A stretch of 64,000 nucleotides of DNA from Spirochaetaceae bacterium (GTDB taxonomy: Bacteria > Spirochaetota > Spirochaetia > DSM-2461): NCBI GenBank assembly GCA_051531975.1, contig JAOPTT010000002.1, positions 249,968 through 313,967 of the forward strand. The letters are read 5' to 3'. Position numbers and translations under genes: made by a program. How positions within the stretch are numbered: position 1 is the stretch's first letter; each line of letters starts with the position of its first letter. Below, in pieces: positions 38,533 to 48,789 of this stretch. A model generated the notes under the pieces. The model saw only the letters and a list, made by a program, of their open reading frames with translations, made no database searches and was not told the DNA's origin.

Positions 38533-39225
38533 ATGGGAATACCAGCGTTAGACAGAGGGCTAGATATTATAGATAGCCTATTAATAAACAGTACACCACT
38601 AAAATATTCTGATATAAAAAAGAGATTAGCAGATGTTTCTGATTCAAGTTTAAATAGACTCTTAGCCTCATTAACTGAAAAAAGGTATATTCAGAAGAAC
38701 TCTAAAAACCTATATATATTAGGCCCTGAGTTAAGTCGATGGAGTTCTATCTTATCTGGGAAACAGACTATGTTACAAAAACTAGAAACTGCTATTGATA
38801 ATATTGTATCAACCACCAATGAGTCAGCAGCTGTAGCTTGTTATAATGGAGAAAAGATCACTATTTTACTGTGTAAAAATGCACATAACTCAATCTCTAT
38901 TATCCCAAAAGGGGAAACTCTATTTTATGAAGCTGACCACGCAGGTTCTCTAGCAATAATTGATAATATGGAACCAGCTTTAAAAAGTAAGATAGTCTCA
39001 GAAAACTCCGAACTCTTAAATGGTATCGATAAGTATAAAATAAAAGCAGATATACCCTATTATTTTGATGAGTCAGTAAATAGAGTTGGCATAAGCAGGT
39101 TAGCATTTCCTATAAATATAGAGGGGCAGCCAGGGGCAATTTTTATTTGTGCACCTACTGTCCGACTAAAGAAAGATTTAGATAAAATGGTTCAGGAGTT
39201 ACAAAAACAGATAGTTTTATTATAG
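38533..39225 (+). CDS. IclR-family regulator
   Basis: PALDRGLDII, RLL.SL...Y, Y.LG, TNESA; start 38533 follows CAGGAG. Confidence 0.8.
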   Translation: MGIPALDRGLDIIDSLLINSTPLKYSDIKKRLADVSDSSLNRLLASLTEKRYIQKNSKNLYILGPELSRWSSILSGKQTMLQKLETAIDNIVSTTNESAAVACYNGEKITILLCKNAHNSISIIPKGETLFYEADHAGSLAIIDNMEPALKSKIVSENSELLNGIDKYKIKADIPYYFDESVNRVGISRLAFPINIEGQPGAIFICAPTVRLKKDLDKMVQELQKQIVLL

Positions 39226-39954
39226 TTATTTTAGTTTTCTAAAAGCCCCTGGGCTAACTCCAACTATTTTTTTGAATCTACTGCAAAAATAGGTTTCGTC
39301 ACAGTAACCTAAATTCTCCGCTACCTGGTAATTTCTATTCCCCTGTTTAATCATAGAACATGCAGCCTCCATTTTAAGTTTCTCAAAATATACTAAAGGT
39401 GGGAGGTTTGTACTTTTTTTAAATAACCTGCAAAAATAATGCTTCTCTAAATGCACATGATCTGCAATTTGGGTAAGAGATAACTTTTTAGTAATATTCT
39501 CCATTAAATAGTTCTGGGCATTTATTATTGGCTCTTGGTTGTAACTAGTAGGAACTTTAGAACTGGATAATAATGTATATATAAAGTATAAAAACAGATG
39601 CTCTGCTGCGTGTATGGATTCATCATCAGTGGATAATAGTGTTCTTAACTTTGATAATAAAACTCTGCTATCACTTGTTAAATTATAACACATATTTAAC
39701 TTATTTAGAGTTACCTCAGAATCCTTGTCAGGATAATATCTTATGTAAAAAAAAGATAACTGCTTCTCTACTTCTAAACAATGTAAAACCCCAGGAGTTG
39801 ATACTAAAAACTGATCTTTTACAAAGCTAGTACTCTTCCCATTCTGTACAAATGACCCTTCACCTTTCAAAATGTAATGAAACTCGTAACAATCGTGGCT
39901 ATGATTATTGTAATAACCATTCAAAAAACCAAAGTTAAACTCTAACAACCCCAT
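39226..39954 (-). CDS. AraC-family regulator with cupin sensor domain
   Basis: HSHDCYEFHY, YFCRLFKK, YFCSRFKK..GVSP; start uncertain (39954 or 39981). Confidence 0.88.
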   Translation of the reverse strand: MGLLEFNFGFLNGYYNNHSHDCYEFHYILKGEGSFVQNGKSTSFVKDQFLVSTPGVLHCLEVEKQLSFFYIRYYPDKDSEVTLNKLNMCYNLTSDSRVLLSKLRTLLSTDDESIHAAEHLFLYFIYTLLSSSKVPTSYNQEPIINAQNYLMENITKKLSLTQIADHVHLEKHYFCRLFKKSTNLPPLVYFEKLKMEAACSMIKQGNRNYQVAENLGYCDETYFCSRFKKIVGVSPGAFRKLK

Positions 39955-40062
39955 AAAAAACCTACCAAAAGTCAATATCACTAAAGATTAACATAATATT
40001 TATAGTGTAAAAATACCCAGTTATGAATTACATTATTTTTATAGGTCTATAGGAGAACATTC

Positions 40063-42183
40063 ATGGAACAAAAATGGTTTAATTCAAAACTACCAATTAA
40101 TGAACGAGTAGATAGCTTAGTTAAAGAGATGACAATTGAAGAGAAGGCTTCCCAGCTTTTATATACAAGTAAAGAGATCCCTAGATTAAACATACCAGAA
40201 TATAACTGGTGGAACGAATGTTTACACGGAATAGCTCGGGCAGGAAGAGCAACGATATATCCACAAGCTATGGGTATGGCTTCCGCTTTTGATAGAGATA
40301 TTATGGAAAGAATTGCTACAACAATTTCCGATGAAGGTAGAGCAAAATATTACAAGGCTATATCAAATGGAAATAGAGGCCAGTATATGGGTTTAACTTA
40401 CTGGACTCCCAATATTAATATATTTAGAGATCCAAGATGGGGTCGTGGTCAAGAAACTTATGGAGAAGACCCATATTTAACAGGAGAACTAGGAATGTCT
40501 TTTGTTAAAGGACTTCAAGGTGAACACCCTACCCTTCTAAAGTCTGCAGCATGTGCAAAACATTATGCTGTTCATTCTGGTCCAGAATCAGAGAGACATA
40601 CATTTGATGCAATAGTAACAGAAAAGGATTTAAGAGAGACATATCTTCCAGCTTTTAAGAAACTAGTAAAAGAAGCTAAAGTTGAAGCTGTTATGGGAGC
40701 GTACAATAGAACTAATGGTGAACCTTGTTGTGGAAGTAAAACACTACTAGAGGACATACTTAGAACTGAGTGGGGATTTGATGGCCACGTTGTTTCAGAT
40801 TGTTGGGCAATAAGGGATTTCCACGAACACCATAAAGTAACAAATAGTCCAGAAGAGTCAGTTGCATTAGCACTTAAAACTGGTTGTGATGTAAACTGTG
40901 GTTGTACTTATGACTTTATATTAAGTGCACACAAAAATGGACTAATTACAGAAGATGACATAGATAAATGTCTAAAAAGAGCTGTAAGAGCACGGATTAG
41001 ACTTGGAATGTTTGATCCAGTGGAAGAAGACCCATGGAAAGATATAAAAGAAGATGTTATAGATTGTCAAAAACATAGGGACTTAGCTAGAGAATCAGCT
41101 GCTAAATCTATTGTATTACTTAAGAATACACAAAATATATTACCTCTAGATAAAAATATAAATAACCTACTTTTAGTTGGCCCAAATGCTGCAAACATAG
41201 AAGCTATGATCGGGAACTATTATGGTAGTAACCCTAGAATCATTACACCTTTAGAGGGTATTGCAGCAGCAGTCTCATCTGGGACTACAGTAGAATATCG
41301 ACCAGGAGTTATGATCGATCACCCTAATAAAAACCCAATACAATGGGCAGTTTTTGAAGCAGATAATTACGATTATACTGTTGCCGTCGTCGGTTTAGAC
41401 CAGAGATTAGAAGGTGAAGAAGGTGATTCTATAGCATCAGATATGTTAGGAGATAGATATGATCTTAAACTACCAGAACAACAGCTAGGATTTCTTAAGG
41501 AATTAAGTAAAAGAAAAGCTAAACTTATAGTTGTTGTAATATCAGGTAGCCCACTACTTTTAGATGAAGTTCAAGAGTTTGCAGATGTTGTAGTTTGGAC
41601 ATGTTACCCAGGGGAAGAAGGTGGAAATGCTATAGCCGATGTTCTTTTTGGAGATGTTAACCCATCTGGAAGACTACCTATAACCTTCCCTAAAAGCCTA
41701 GAACAACTACCAGCATTTACAGACTACTCTATGATTGGTAGAACATACAGATATATGGAAAAGACACCACTTTATCCGTTTGGATTTGGACTCTCTTTTA
41801 CAAAATATAGCTATTCAAATATTAGATTAGAAAAAGATTCATTTAGTAAAGATGAAAAAATTAAAGTCACATGTAATCTGGAAAATATAGGTGAAAACGA
41901 TGGAAGTGAAATAATTCAGCTATATCTAAAAGCAATTGGTATGCCTTTTACTACCCCTTTATTAACACTAAAAGATTTCAAACGAGTAGATTTAAATGCT
42001 GGAGAATCAAAAAGCATAGAATTCACTTTAAAACCAGAAGATCTACTACTTTTTAATGATGAAGGAAAAGAGATTTATCAACCTGGAAAGTACCAGGTTA
42101 TAGTTTCTGGTTCAGCCCCAATAGAACAATCGGTAGTTCTTGGTGCAGCAAAACCTGTTAAAGCAACTTTTACATTAATATAA
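40063..42183 (+). CDS. GH3 beta-xylosidase/beta-glucosidase
   Basis: WWNECLHG, PNINIFRDPRWGRGQETYGED, KHYA, VVSDC, fibronectin-III tail. Confidence 0.95.
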   Translation: MEQKWFNSKLPINERVDSLVKEMTIEEKASQLLYTSKEIPRLNIPEYNWWNECLHGIARAGRATIYPQAMGMASAFDRDIMERIATTISDEGRAKYYKAISNGNRGQYMGLTYWTPNINIFRDPRWGRGQETYGEDPYLTGELGMSFVKGLQGEHPTLLKSAACAKHYAVHSGPESERHTFDAIVTEKDLRETYLPAFKKLVKEAKVEAVMGAYNRTNGEPCCGSKTLLEDILRTEWGFDGHVVSDCWAIRDFHEHHKVTNSPEESVALALKTGCDVNCGCTYDFILSAHKNGLITEDDIDKCLKRAVRARIRLGMFDPVEEDPWKDIKEDVIDCQKHRDLARESAAKSIVLLKNTQNILPLDKNINNLLLVGPNAANIEAMIGNYYGSNPRIITPLEGIAAAVSSGTTVEYRPGVMIDHPNKNPIQWAVFEADNYDYTVAVVGLDQRLEGEEGDSIASDMLGDRYDLKLPEQQLGFLKELSKRKAKLIVVVISGSPLLLDEVQEFADVVVWTCYPGEEGGNAIADVLFGDVNPSGRLPITFPKSLEQLPAFTDYSMIGRTYRYMEKTPLYPFGFGLSFTKYSYSNIRLEKDSFSKDEKIKVTCNLENIGENDGSEIIQLYLKAIGMPFTTPLLTLKDFKRVDLNAGESKSIEFTLKPEDLLLFNDEGKEIYQPGKYQVIVSGSAPIEQSVVLGAAKPVKATFTLI

Positions 42184-42189
42184 ACATAT

Positions 42190-42229
42190 AAAGCTAGAGT
42201 TATATAAATGCCAACTCTAGCTTTTTTTT
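42190..42229. terminator. Terminator between GH3 and galT
   Basis: AAAGCTAGAGTT-11 nt-AACTCTAGCTTT followed by a T-tract. Confidence 0.8.
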
Positions 42230-42231
42230 AA

Positions 42232-43770
42232 CTATTTAAGATTACAACCTACACTCTGTATAAATCTATCAAAAGCTTCAATTCCCACTGGGGTCATCTT
42301 AAAAACACCAGCACAATCAAGTACTTCTTTAAAACGTCTACCAACAGCTTCTTTAAGAACTTTATCAGCTTCATCTTTAGAAAGGTGTGTACCATTCTCT
42401 ATGACAATTCCCTCAAACCATTCATAATGATTATCCATATTCTCTTCTACATAAGATAGAGCTTTATCACCTTGTAATACTGTCGAGAGTTCCTGGATAT
42501 CTGTATTGATTCTAGCAGGTAATATTGCAAGACCCATAACTTCAATAAGTCCAATGTTCTCCTTCTTAATATGATGCAGATGTTTATGAGGATGATAAAT
42601 ACCATCTGGATGATCTTTATCTGTTCTGTTATTTCTTAATACTAAATCAATTTCAAATAGACCCTTATCATTTACCCTAGCTATAGGTGTAATTGTATTA
42701 TGTGGAGTTGATATTGAACCATCTAGAGTTTCAGAGAATATCCCAATACTCTTGTCAGAATAAATTCTCCAAGCAGTTAATAGTTCAGTTGCAAGTTCAA
42801 CTAAAGGTCCCTTGTTTTCTGAAGTTAATCTAATAACTGACATAGGCCACTCTACCATAGAGATAATAACATCTTTATATTTACTATTTTGGTAAGTCTT
42901 TAATGTTTTAACATCTACCATAGGGAATTTATGATTCCCACCCTGGAAGTGATCGTGGCTTAATATGGAACCACCAACAATAGGCAGATCAGCATTAGAA
43001 CCTATAAAATAATGGGGCATAGCTTCTACAAAATCAGTTAACCTAATAAAAGACTCTTTAGTAATTTTCATTGGTTCATGGGCAGCTTTAAATATTATAG
43101 CGTGCTCATTGTAATAAACATATGGAGAGTACTGAAAACACCACTCTTCTTTGTTTAATGTTAAAGGTAAAACTCTATGACTAGTTCTAGCGGGGTGGTT
43201 AATATTCCCAACATATCCAACATTTTCTAGACATAAAAGACATTTTGGATATTTTGATTGTGGCATTTTTGCAGCTTTAGCAATCTCTTTTGGGTCCTTC
43301 TCTGGTTTAGATAAGTTTATAGTAATCTCTAAATCTCCATAATCAGTCCCAGTAGTCCAATACTTATTATGTGCAATTCTATCGGTTCTAATATAATTAG
43401 AAAGTTGACTTAATTTATAATAATAGTCTGTGGCAGCTGTAGGCCCATCACTTTTTTTAATACCTTCGTATATGTTATTAAGTTCAGACTGTCTAGGCAT
43501 AAAAGTTGCCATAATCTGAGCATCTAATATATCCTTTTCAGCAAGTGTATCCTCTATAAGACCTCTTTCTAGGGCCTCTAAAATTATCAGATTTAATAAT
43601 CTAACAGGAGTTTCATCTGTAATATCATCTACAACTTCAGCAAAAGGTTCAGAAACCTTCAAAAGGTACATTAACTGGTTCCGAACTAAAGGAATATCCA
43701 ATCTTTCAATCATTTTATGCTTTAGGCCAAACTGTATCAGCTCTTCTATTAACTTAGCTATTTTATCCAT
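42232..43770 (-). CDS. galT: UDP-glucose--hexose-1-phosphate uridylyltransferase (class II)
   Basis: ITINLSKPEKDP, QYSPY.YYNEH, GSNADLPIVGGSILSHDHFQGG, IKKENIGLIEVMG. Confidence 0.95.
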   Translation of the reverse strand: MDKIAKLIEELIQFGLKHKMIERLDIPLVRNQLMYLLKVSEPFAEVVDDITDETPVRLLNLIILEALERGLIEDTLAEKDILDAQIMATFMPRQSELNNIYEGIKKSDGPTAATDYYYKLSQLSNYIRTDRIAHNKYWTTGTDYGDLEITINLSKPEKDPKEIAKAAKMPQSKYPKCLLCLENVGYVGNINHPARTSHRVLPLTLNKEEWCFQYSPYVYYNEHAIIFKAAHEPMKITKESFIRLTDFVEAMPHYFIGSNADLPIVGGSILSHDHFQGGNHKFPMVDVKTLKTYQNSKYKDVIISMVEWPMSVIRLTSENKGPLVELATELLTAWRIYSDKSIGIFSETLDGSISTPHNTITPIARVNDKGLFEIDLVLRNNRTDKDHPDGIYHPHKHLHHIKKENIGLIEVMGLAILPARINTDIQELSTVLQGDKALSYVEENMDNHYEWFEGIVIENGTHLSKDEADKVLKEAVGRRFKEVLDCAGVFKMTPVGIEAFDRFIQSVGCNLK

Positions 43771-43778
43771 TATATCCT

Positions 43779-44936
43779 CTATAACCTTCCAGCACCCTGG
43801 CCAACACCAGCAACATAAAACTCAGGATCTAATCCAGTACGTTTTTTATAGTTCTCACCAACATTTTTAATAAACTCATCAACATATGACTCTTCAACTA
43901 AACTTACAGTACAACCACCAAATCCAGCTCCAGTCATTCTAGCACCTAAAGTTCCCTCAATTTTTCTAGCCTCTTCAACCATTATATCTAACTGCTCACC
44001 TGTTACTTCGTATAGGTCTCTTAAAGAGTCGTGGGATGCGTTCATTAGTTCACCAAATGTATTTAAATCTCCAGCTTCTAAAGACTCTTTAGCCTTAATA
44101 GTTCTTATGTTTTCATATACAGCGTGCTGGGCTCTATTAACACAGATAGGGTTCTTTATTAAATGTTTCTTAGCTTCAAAAGTTTTGGCATCAATCTCAC
44201 ATAAATATTTATAATCTAACTCAACATTTAGATCAGCCAACGCTTGGTCACACTCAGATCTTCTCTCGTTATATTTAGAATCAGCTAATCCTCTTCTCAT
44301 TTTAGTATTACCAATAACTATTTTTACTCCGTTTAATACTAGGGGAACGTAGTTATATTCTAAAGTATTGCAATCAAGCATTATAGCGTGGTCTTTTTTT
44401 CCCATACCAACAGCAAACTGATCCATAACACCACAGTTAACACCTACAAAATTATTTTCTGCACTTTGACTCATTAAAACAATTTCTACCATAGTTTTTT
44501 TACAATTAAACAGGTCATTTACAATAACTCCTGTTAAAACTTCTAAAGATGCAGAAGAAGATAACCCAGAACCGTTAGGAATATTCCCATAATACAAAAT
44601 ATCAAAACCTTTTAATTCAAAGCCAAGTTTTTGAAACTCTTTTATTACACCTTTTGGGTAGTTTGTCCAATCATCTTCCTCTTTATACTCAACACTACCC
44701 AGATCCAAACATACTTTTTTATCAAAGTTTAAAGTTGCAAAATTAACCTTATTATCATCTCGTAATCTAACTGCTGCATATGTTCCAAAATCAAGTGCAC
44801 ATGGAAATACAAAACCACCGTTATAATCTATATGTTCACCAATTAAATTAACTCTACCAGGTGAGAAAAACTCTATGATATCTCCTCCCTCTGCATAATA
44901 CTCTTTAAACGACTTAGTCATGTCTACTGTTTTCAT
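43779..44936 (-). CDS. galK: Galactokinase
   Basis: PGRVNLIGEHIDY, GSGLSSSAS, GARMTGAGFGGC. Confidence 0.97.
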   Translation of the reverse strand: MKTVDMTKSFKEYYAEGGDIIEFFSPGRVNLIGEHIDYNGGFVFPCALDFGTYAAVRLRDDNKVNFATLNFDKKVCLDLGSVEYKEEDDWTNYPKGVIKEFQKLGFELKGFDILYYGNIPNGSGLSSSASLEVLTGVIVNDLFNCKKTMVEIVLMSQSAENNFVGVNCGVMDQFAVGMGKKDHAIMLDCNTLEYNYVPLVLNGVKIVIGNTKMRRGLADSKYNERRSECDQALADLNVELDYKYLCEIDAKTFEAKKHLIKNPICVNRAQHAVYENIRTIKAKESLEAGDLNTFGELMNASHDSLRDLYEVTGEQLDIMVEEARKIEGTLGARMTGAGFGGCTVSLVEESYVDEFIKNVGENYKKRTGLDPEFYVAGVGQGAGRL

Positions 44937-44953
44937 CTGTTAAATCTCCTACT

Positions 44954-45955
44954 CTATGAGTCTCTAATTATTAGTTTTGTCTCTAAATATATCTTCTGAT
45001 TTTCATCATCTTCCGATGTCATCATTGTATAAATTCTTTTTGCTGCTAGTTCCCCTAGCTTTGCCATTTGCTGATCAACTGTGGATAGTTTTGGTTCTGT
45101 TATTTGGGAAATAATTGTATTATCAAAACCTATTATTCTTAATTCTTTAGGGACCGAAACACCAACATACTTTGCAGCATTTAAAGCGCCAACTGCCATC
45201 CAGTCATTACAACATAAAATACCATCAGGTGAATTATTAGAATTAAGACTATCAATAACCCCTTTTTTTGCTAACTCTACAGTACTTAAATCATTTCCTT
45301 CATTTATTCTAATTACATTTGATTTTAAATTATATATTTTTGTAAAATCTAAATATACTTCCTCTTTAATGTCATAAGAGAAACTATTTCCACCTCTTAG
45401 TAGAGCAATATTCTTACAACCGGACTGTCTTAAATTATTTAAAGCTTCATTAACCCCGGATTCAGCATCATTTAATATATAGTTACATTTAACACCACTT
45501 GAATAACCGTTTATTAGGATTAAGGAAATTGTTAAACTCAACTCTTCTAATAGACCTGATTTTATATTATCCCGTCTTGGGTCAATCATTATTATTCCAT
45601 CAACTCGTCTGTCTACTAAACTATTAATCATGTCAACTTCCTGTTTGACATCCCCTTCTGTATGGCATAAAAAAGTTGTATAACCTAGAGACTTAATTAC
45701 TCCATCAATTCCCTTTATAACTTCAGAAAAGAAAAGGTTTTCTATAGAAGGTGTTAAAATACCGATTGTCTTAGTAAAATTCTGTATTAAACTTTTAGCC
45801 AAAAGATTAGGTTTAAATTTAAGCCTTTGTATAACTTCTTCAACTTTGAGTCTTGTAGACTCCTTTACAGGGTAGTTTTTGTTAATTACTCTAGAAACTG
45901 TAGTAATTGATACTCCAGACTCTTTTGCAACATCTTGTATTGTTATTTTTTTCAT
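44954..45955 (-). CDS. LacI-family repressor heading the galK-galT operon
   Basis: TIQDVAKESGVSITTVSRVIN, IIGFDN, LSTV. Confidence 0.95.
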   Translation of the reverse strand: MKKITIQDVAKESGVSITTVSRVINKNYPVKESTRLKVEEVIQRLKFKPNLLAKSLIQNFTKTIGILTPSIENLFFSEVIKGIDGVIKSLGYTTFLCHTEGDVKQEVDMINSLVDRRVDGIIMIDPRRDNIKSGLLEELSLTISLILINGYSSGVKCNYILNDAESGVNEALNNLRQSGCKNIALLRGGNSFSYDIKEEVYLDFTKIYNLKSNVIRINEGNDLSTVELAKKGVIDSLNSNNSPDGILCCNDWMAVGALNAAKYVGVSVPKELRIIGFDNTIISQITEPKLSTVDQQMAKLGELAAKRIYTMMTSEDDENQKIYLETKLIIRDS

Positions 45956-45968
45956 ATAACTCCCTAGG

Positions 45969-46020
45969 ATAGAAAAGGTTTTCTATAGATAAATAATATC
46001 ATAAACTGTTTTACTGTCAA
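45969..46020 (-). promoter_or_regulatory. Promoter and LacI-type operator of the lacI-galK-galT operon
   Basis: TTGACA(46020-15)-16 nt-TATTAT(45998-93) with TG extension; palindrome ATAGAAAA-GG-TTTTCTAT at 45969-45986. Confidence 0.75.
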
Positions 46021-46055
46021 GTTGATTTAAGGTATATTTGTAATTAAGAGGAATT

Positions 46056-46628
46056 ATGACATTAAAAAATTATAAAATTGGACTTTGTATCATTTATTGT
46101 TTATTTAATATATTTAATTTAAATGCAGAGAAAGTAACAAATCATGGCCTTGTTTTAAGTATGTATAACGAACCACTACTTAAGCCAGGGGTAACAATAG
46201 GATTCGATCATGAGATAGAACTAACTAAAAACCATAGGTTTGGTATAGTTCTTCCTGAATTTACATATTTTTATTTTGAGAATAACTATCAAGCATTCTA
46301 TTTATACCCTGAAATATCATATCGATATATATCAAATAAAGGTTTTTATACTGGTATATCCTTTGGTAGTGGATGGTCTATTTCTCAAAAAATAGTACCT
46401 GTATATAATCTAGAAGGTGAAGAAATAGATGCAGAATGGAACAATCAACTTTTTATGACCTCTGCATTATCATTTGGATGGGATTTTGAGGAATCCAATA
46501 ATAATCCAATAAGAGTTTATTTCAACATCGGTTGGAAAGGTATATACCCAGATAACCTTGGAGTATTAAATCAACCTATGATGCAATTAGGTATAAAATA
46601 TACATTTTTTGAAAAGGAGTGGAAATGA
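46056..46628 (+). CDS. Exported hypothetical protein, possible small outer-membrane beta-barrel
   Basis: Signal peptide ending LNA; aromatic/Gly-rich amphipathic strands. Confidence 0.55.
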   Translation: MTLKNYKIGLCIIYCLFNIFNLNAEKVTNHGLVLSMYNEPLLKPGVTIGFDHEIELTKNHRFGIVLPEFTYFYFENNYQAFYLYPEISYRYISNKGFYTGISFGSGWSISQKIVPVYNLEGEEIDAEWNNQLFMTSALSFGWDFEESNNNPIRVYFNIGWKGIYPDNLGVLNQPMMQLGIKYTFFEKEWK

Positions 46629-47689
46629 AAAAGCTTTTAGTCCTTTTATTAATACTATTTTTATATAATTGTTCTAATATAGAAGAGGGAGAAGAAGTTC
46701 TCTATCTTGAAACTCCAACTTCTACACTGCCTATCTATGTTAGAGGAAACGCAGATGCAGATACATATATTATCTGGACCCATGGAGGACCAGGCTCATC
46801 AGGTCTTTATTATGGTGATATCCCTGAAATTGAACAACTACATACAAACTACAGAGTTGTTTATTGGGATCAGTTAGGTTCAGGGGGATCAACAGGTGAC
46901 CCAAGTGAATCTGATTATACAGTGGAGAATTTCAGTACTCATCAAGAAGGAATTGTAAATATAATAAAAAATAGATATAACCCTAAAAACCTATATATTT
47001 TAGGTCACTCCTGGGGTGGTTTTTTAGTATCCTATTACCTTATAGCAAATGGCGATGCAACTTTACAAAATAAAAGGCAGTCTGAGATAACTGGAACAAT
47101 CCTATTAAATCCTATATTAGATATTAAAGAATCTATCGAAGAGAGTATATCATATGTAATAAGTTATGCTGAACAAAAGATTATTGATAATGATGATAAA
47201 GACAAATGGGAAGAAGCCCTAGTGTGGTACGAAGATAATGTTGTAGATGGAATTATAGTTGGTCAAAATATAGCAATACATTATGGCTATATAGAGGACA
47301 CAGGTGGTATGCTTGTGGAATTAGATAGAAACGATGAATTAACAGCTGAACTTGGGCCATTAATTATATTCATGTCACCTTTCACATTTTATGACTATTA
47401 CAATAACCAAAGTACTATAAGAACTTATTTAGATATTGCTGATAAATCTTTATATTATAATGATAATGATTTAAGTAATATAACCACACCTATTCTGTTT
47501 ATTGCAGGTGAAAGTGATAAAATTGCCAATATTGATCAGAGCACCAAGTGGTCTGCCCAGATTGGTACACCGGTCGCGTATAAAACATTTAATGTATATC
47601 CAGACTGTGCCCACGCTGCATTTTTAGATAAACCTGACGACTTTTATAACGATGTAGTACAGTTTATAAGCGAGAATGATAGCCCATGA
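46625..47689 (+). CDS. Alpha/beta hydrolase lipoprotein (proline iminopeptidase-like)
   Basis: Lipobox-like LYNC, HGGPG, GHSWGG, GESD, CAH; ATGA overlap. Confidence 0.85.
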   Translation: MKKLLVLLLILFLYNCSNIEEGEEVLYLETPTSTLPIYVRGNADADTYIIWTHGGPGSSGLYYGDIPEIEQLHTNYRVVYWDQLGSGGSTGDPSESDYTVENFSTHQEGIVNIIKNRYNPKNLYILGHSWGGFLVSYYLIANGDATLQNKRQSEITGTILLNPILDIKESIEESISYVISYAEQKIIDNDDKDKWEEALVWYEDNVVDGIIVGQNIAIHYGYIEDTGGMLVELDRNDELTAELGPLIIFMSPFTFYDYYNNQSTIRTYLDIADKSLYYNDNDLSNITTPILFIAGESDKIANIDQSTKWSAQIGTPVAYKTFNVYPDCAHAAFLDKPDDFYNDVVQFISENDSP

Positions 47690-48618
47690 AATATGCCGAT
47701 ACAGAAGTTGATCTAATAGATTCAGAACTAATCCGAAAGAAATTTGCTGGAACATACCTTGTTAAAGGTGGAAATAGTTTTGCCTTAATAGAAGTTAGTA
47801 CTTCCCATGCAATACCTCTAATCCTAGAACGACTTAAAAAGCTAAAAATAGACATAGAACAGATTAAATATATCTTTATCACTCATATTCATCTAGACCA
47901 TGCTAGTGGTGCAGGAGGTCTATTAAGAGAGCTTCCTAATGCAGAACTAGTGGTGCATCCCGCTGGGGCAAAACATATGGCAGATCCATCAAAGTTAATA
48001 GCTGGGGCAGAGGCTGTATATGGAAAGGATGTGGTAGAAAAAGATTATGGTCAGATATTACCCATACCAACAGATAGAATTATAGAGTGTTCAGATATGC
48101 AGGAGTTCCAATTAGGAGATAGGGTTTTGACTACACTATTTACCCCAGGCCATGCGAGGCATCATATTTCAATATTTGATAACAAATATTCAGGGATGTT
48201 TACAGGTGATAGTTTTGGACTGTCTTACCCTGAAATGGATGTAGATAACAGGCGTTTTTATCAACCAACTACTACACCAACAGCATTTGAATTTGACAAA
48301 ATGCTCAATTCTTTAAAAAAAATGATAGACTTAAACCCAAATAGAGTTTATTTTACCCACTATGGTATTTCAAATAAACCAAAAGAGATGGAGGAACAGA
48401 TAACAAAACGATTATATGATTACAAATCTATGGTAGAAGACTTAGATCCATTAAGTAAAAATAGAATATACGATATGGAACAAAAACTTGGAGAATACTA
48501 TTTACAAGAAGCTAAGGAACATGGATCAGTTTTAGATAAAAATAAAATTCTAAAACTTTTTGAAATTGATATTAAATTAAATGCGATGGGACTAATAATT
48601 TGGCATGATAGAATGTAA
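47686..48618 (+). CDS. MBL-fold metallo-hydrolase
   Basis: THIHLDH, TPGHARHH, FTGD, THYG. Confidence 0.9.
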   Translation: MKYADTEVDLIDSELIRKKFAGTYLVKGGNSFALIEVSTSHAIPLILERLKKLKIDIEQIKYIFITHIHLDHASGAGGLLRELPNAELVVHPAGAKHMADPSKLIAGAEAVYGKDVVEKDYGQILPIPTDRIIECSDMQEFQLGDRVLTTLFTPGHARHHISIFDNKYSGMFTGDSFGLSYPEMDVDNRRFYQPTTTPTAFEFDKMLNSLKKMIDLNPNRVYFTHYGISNKPKEMEEQITKRLYDYKSMVEDLDPLSKNRIYDMEQKLGEYYLQEAKEHGSVLDKNKILKLFEIDIKLNAMGLIIWHDRM

Positions 48619-48637
48619 GTTCTACTCAATACAACCA

Positions 48638-48666
48638 TTGACTATGTTAAAATTTCGCACTAAAAT
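48638..48666 (+). promoter_or_regulatory. Sigma70 promoter upstream of the Lrp gene
   Basis: TTGACT-17 nt-TAAAAT. Confidence 0.6.
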
Positions 48667-48789
48667 ATAGTATAATTTATCAATTATAATAATCATTAAA
48701 AAATCGTAAATAACTGTTAATTGGAATATATGTCTTGGGTTCTATGGGCTTAATTATAGAGCATCAACATTATAACATGGAGGAAGTTT

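Noticed and set aside
47686..48618. MBL-fold gene as a beta-lactamase
   Set aside because: No signal peptide, and it has only the generic HxHxDH hydrolase motifs; no support for resistance
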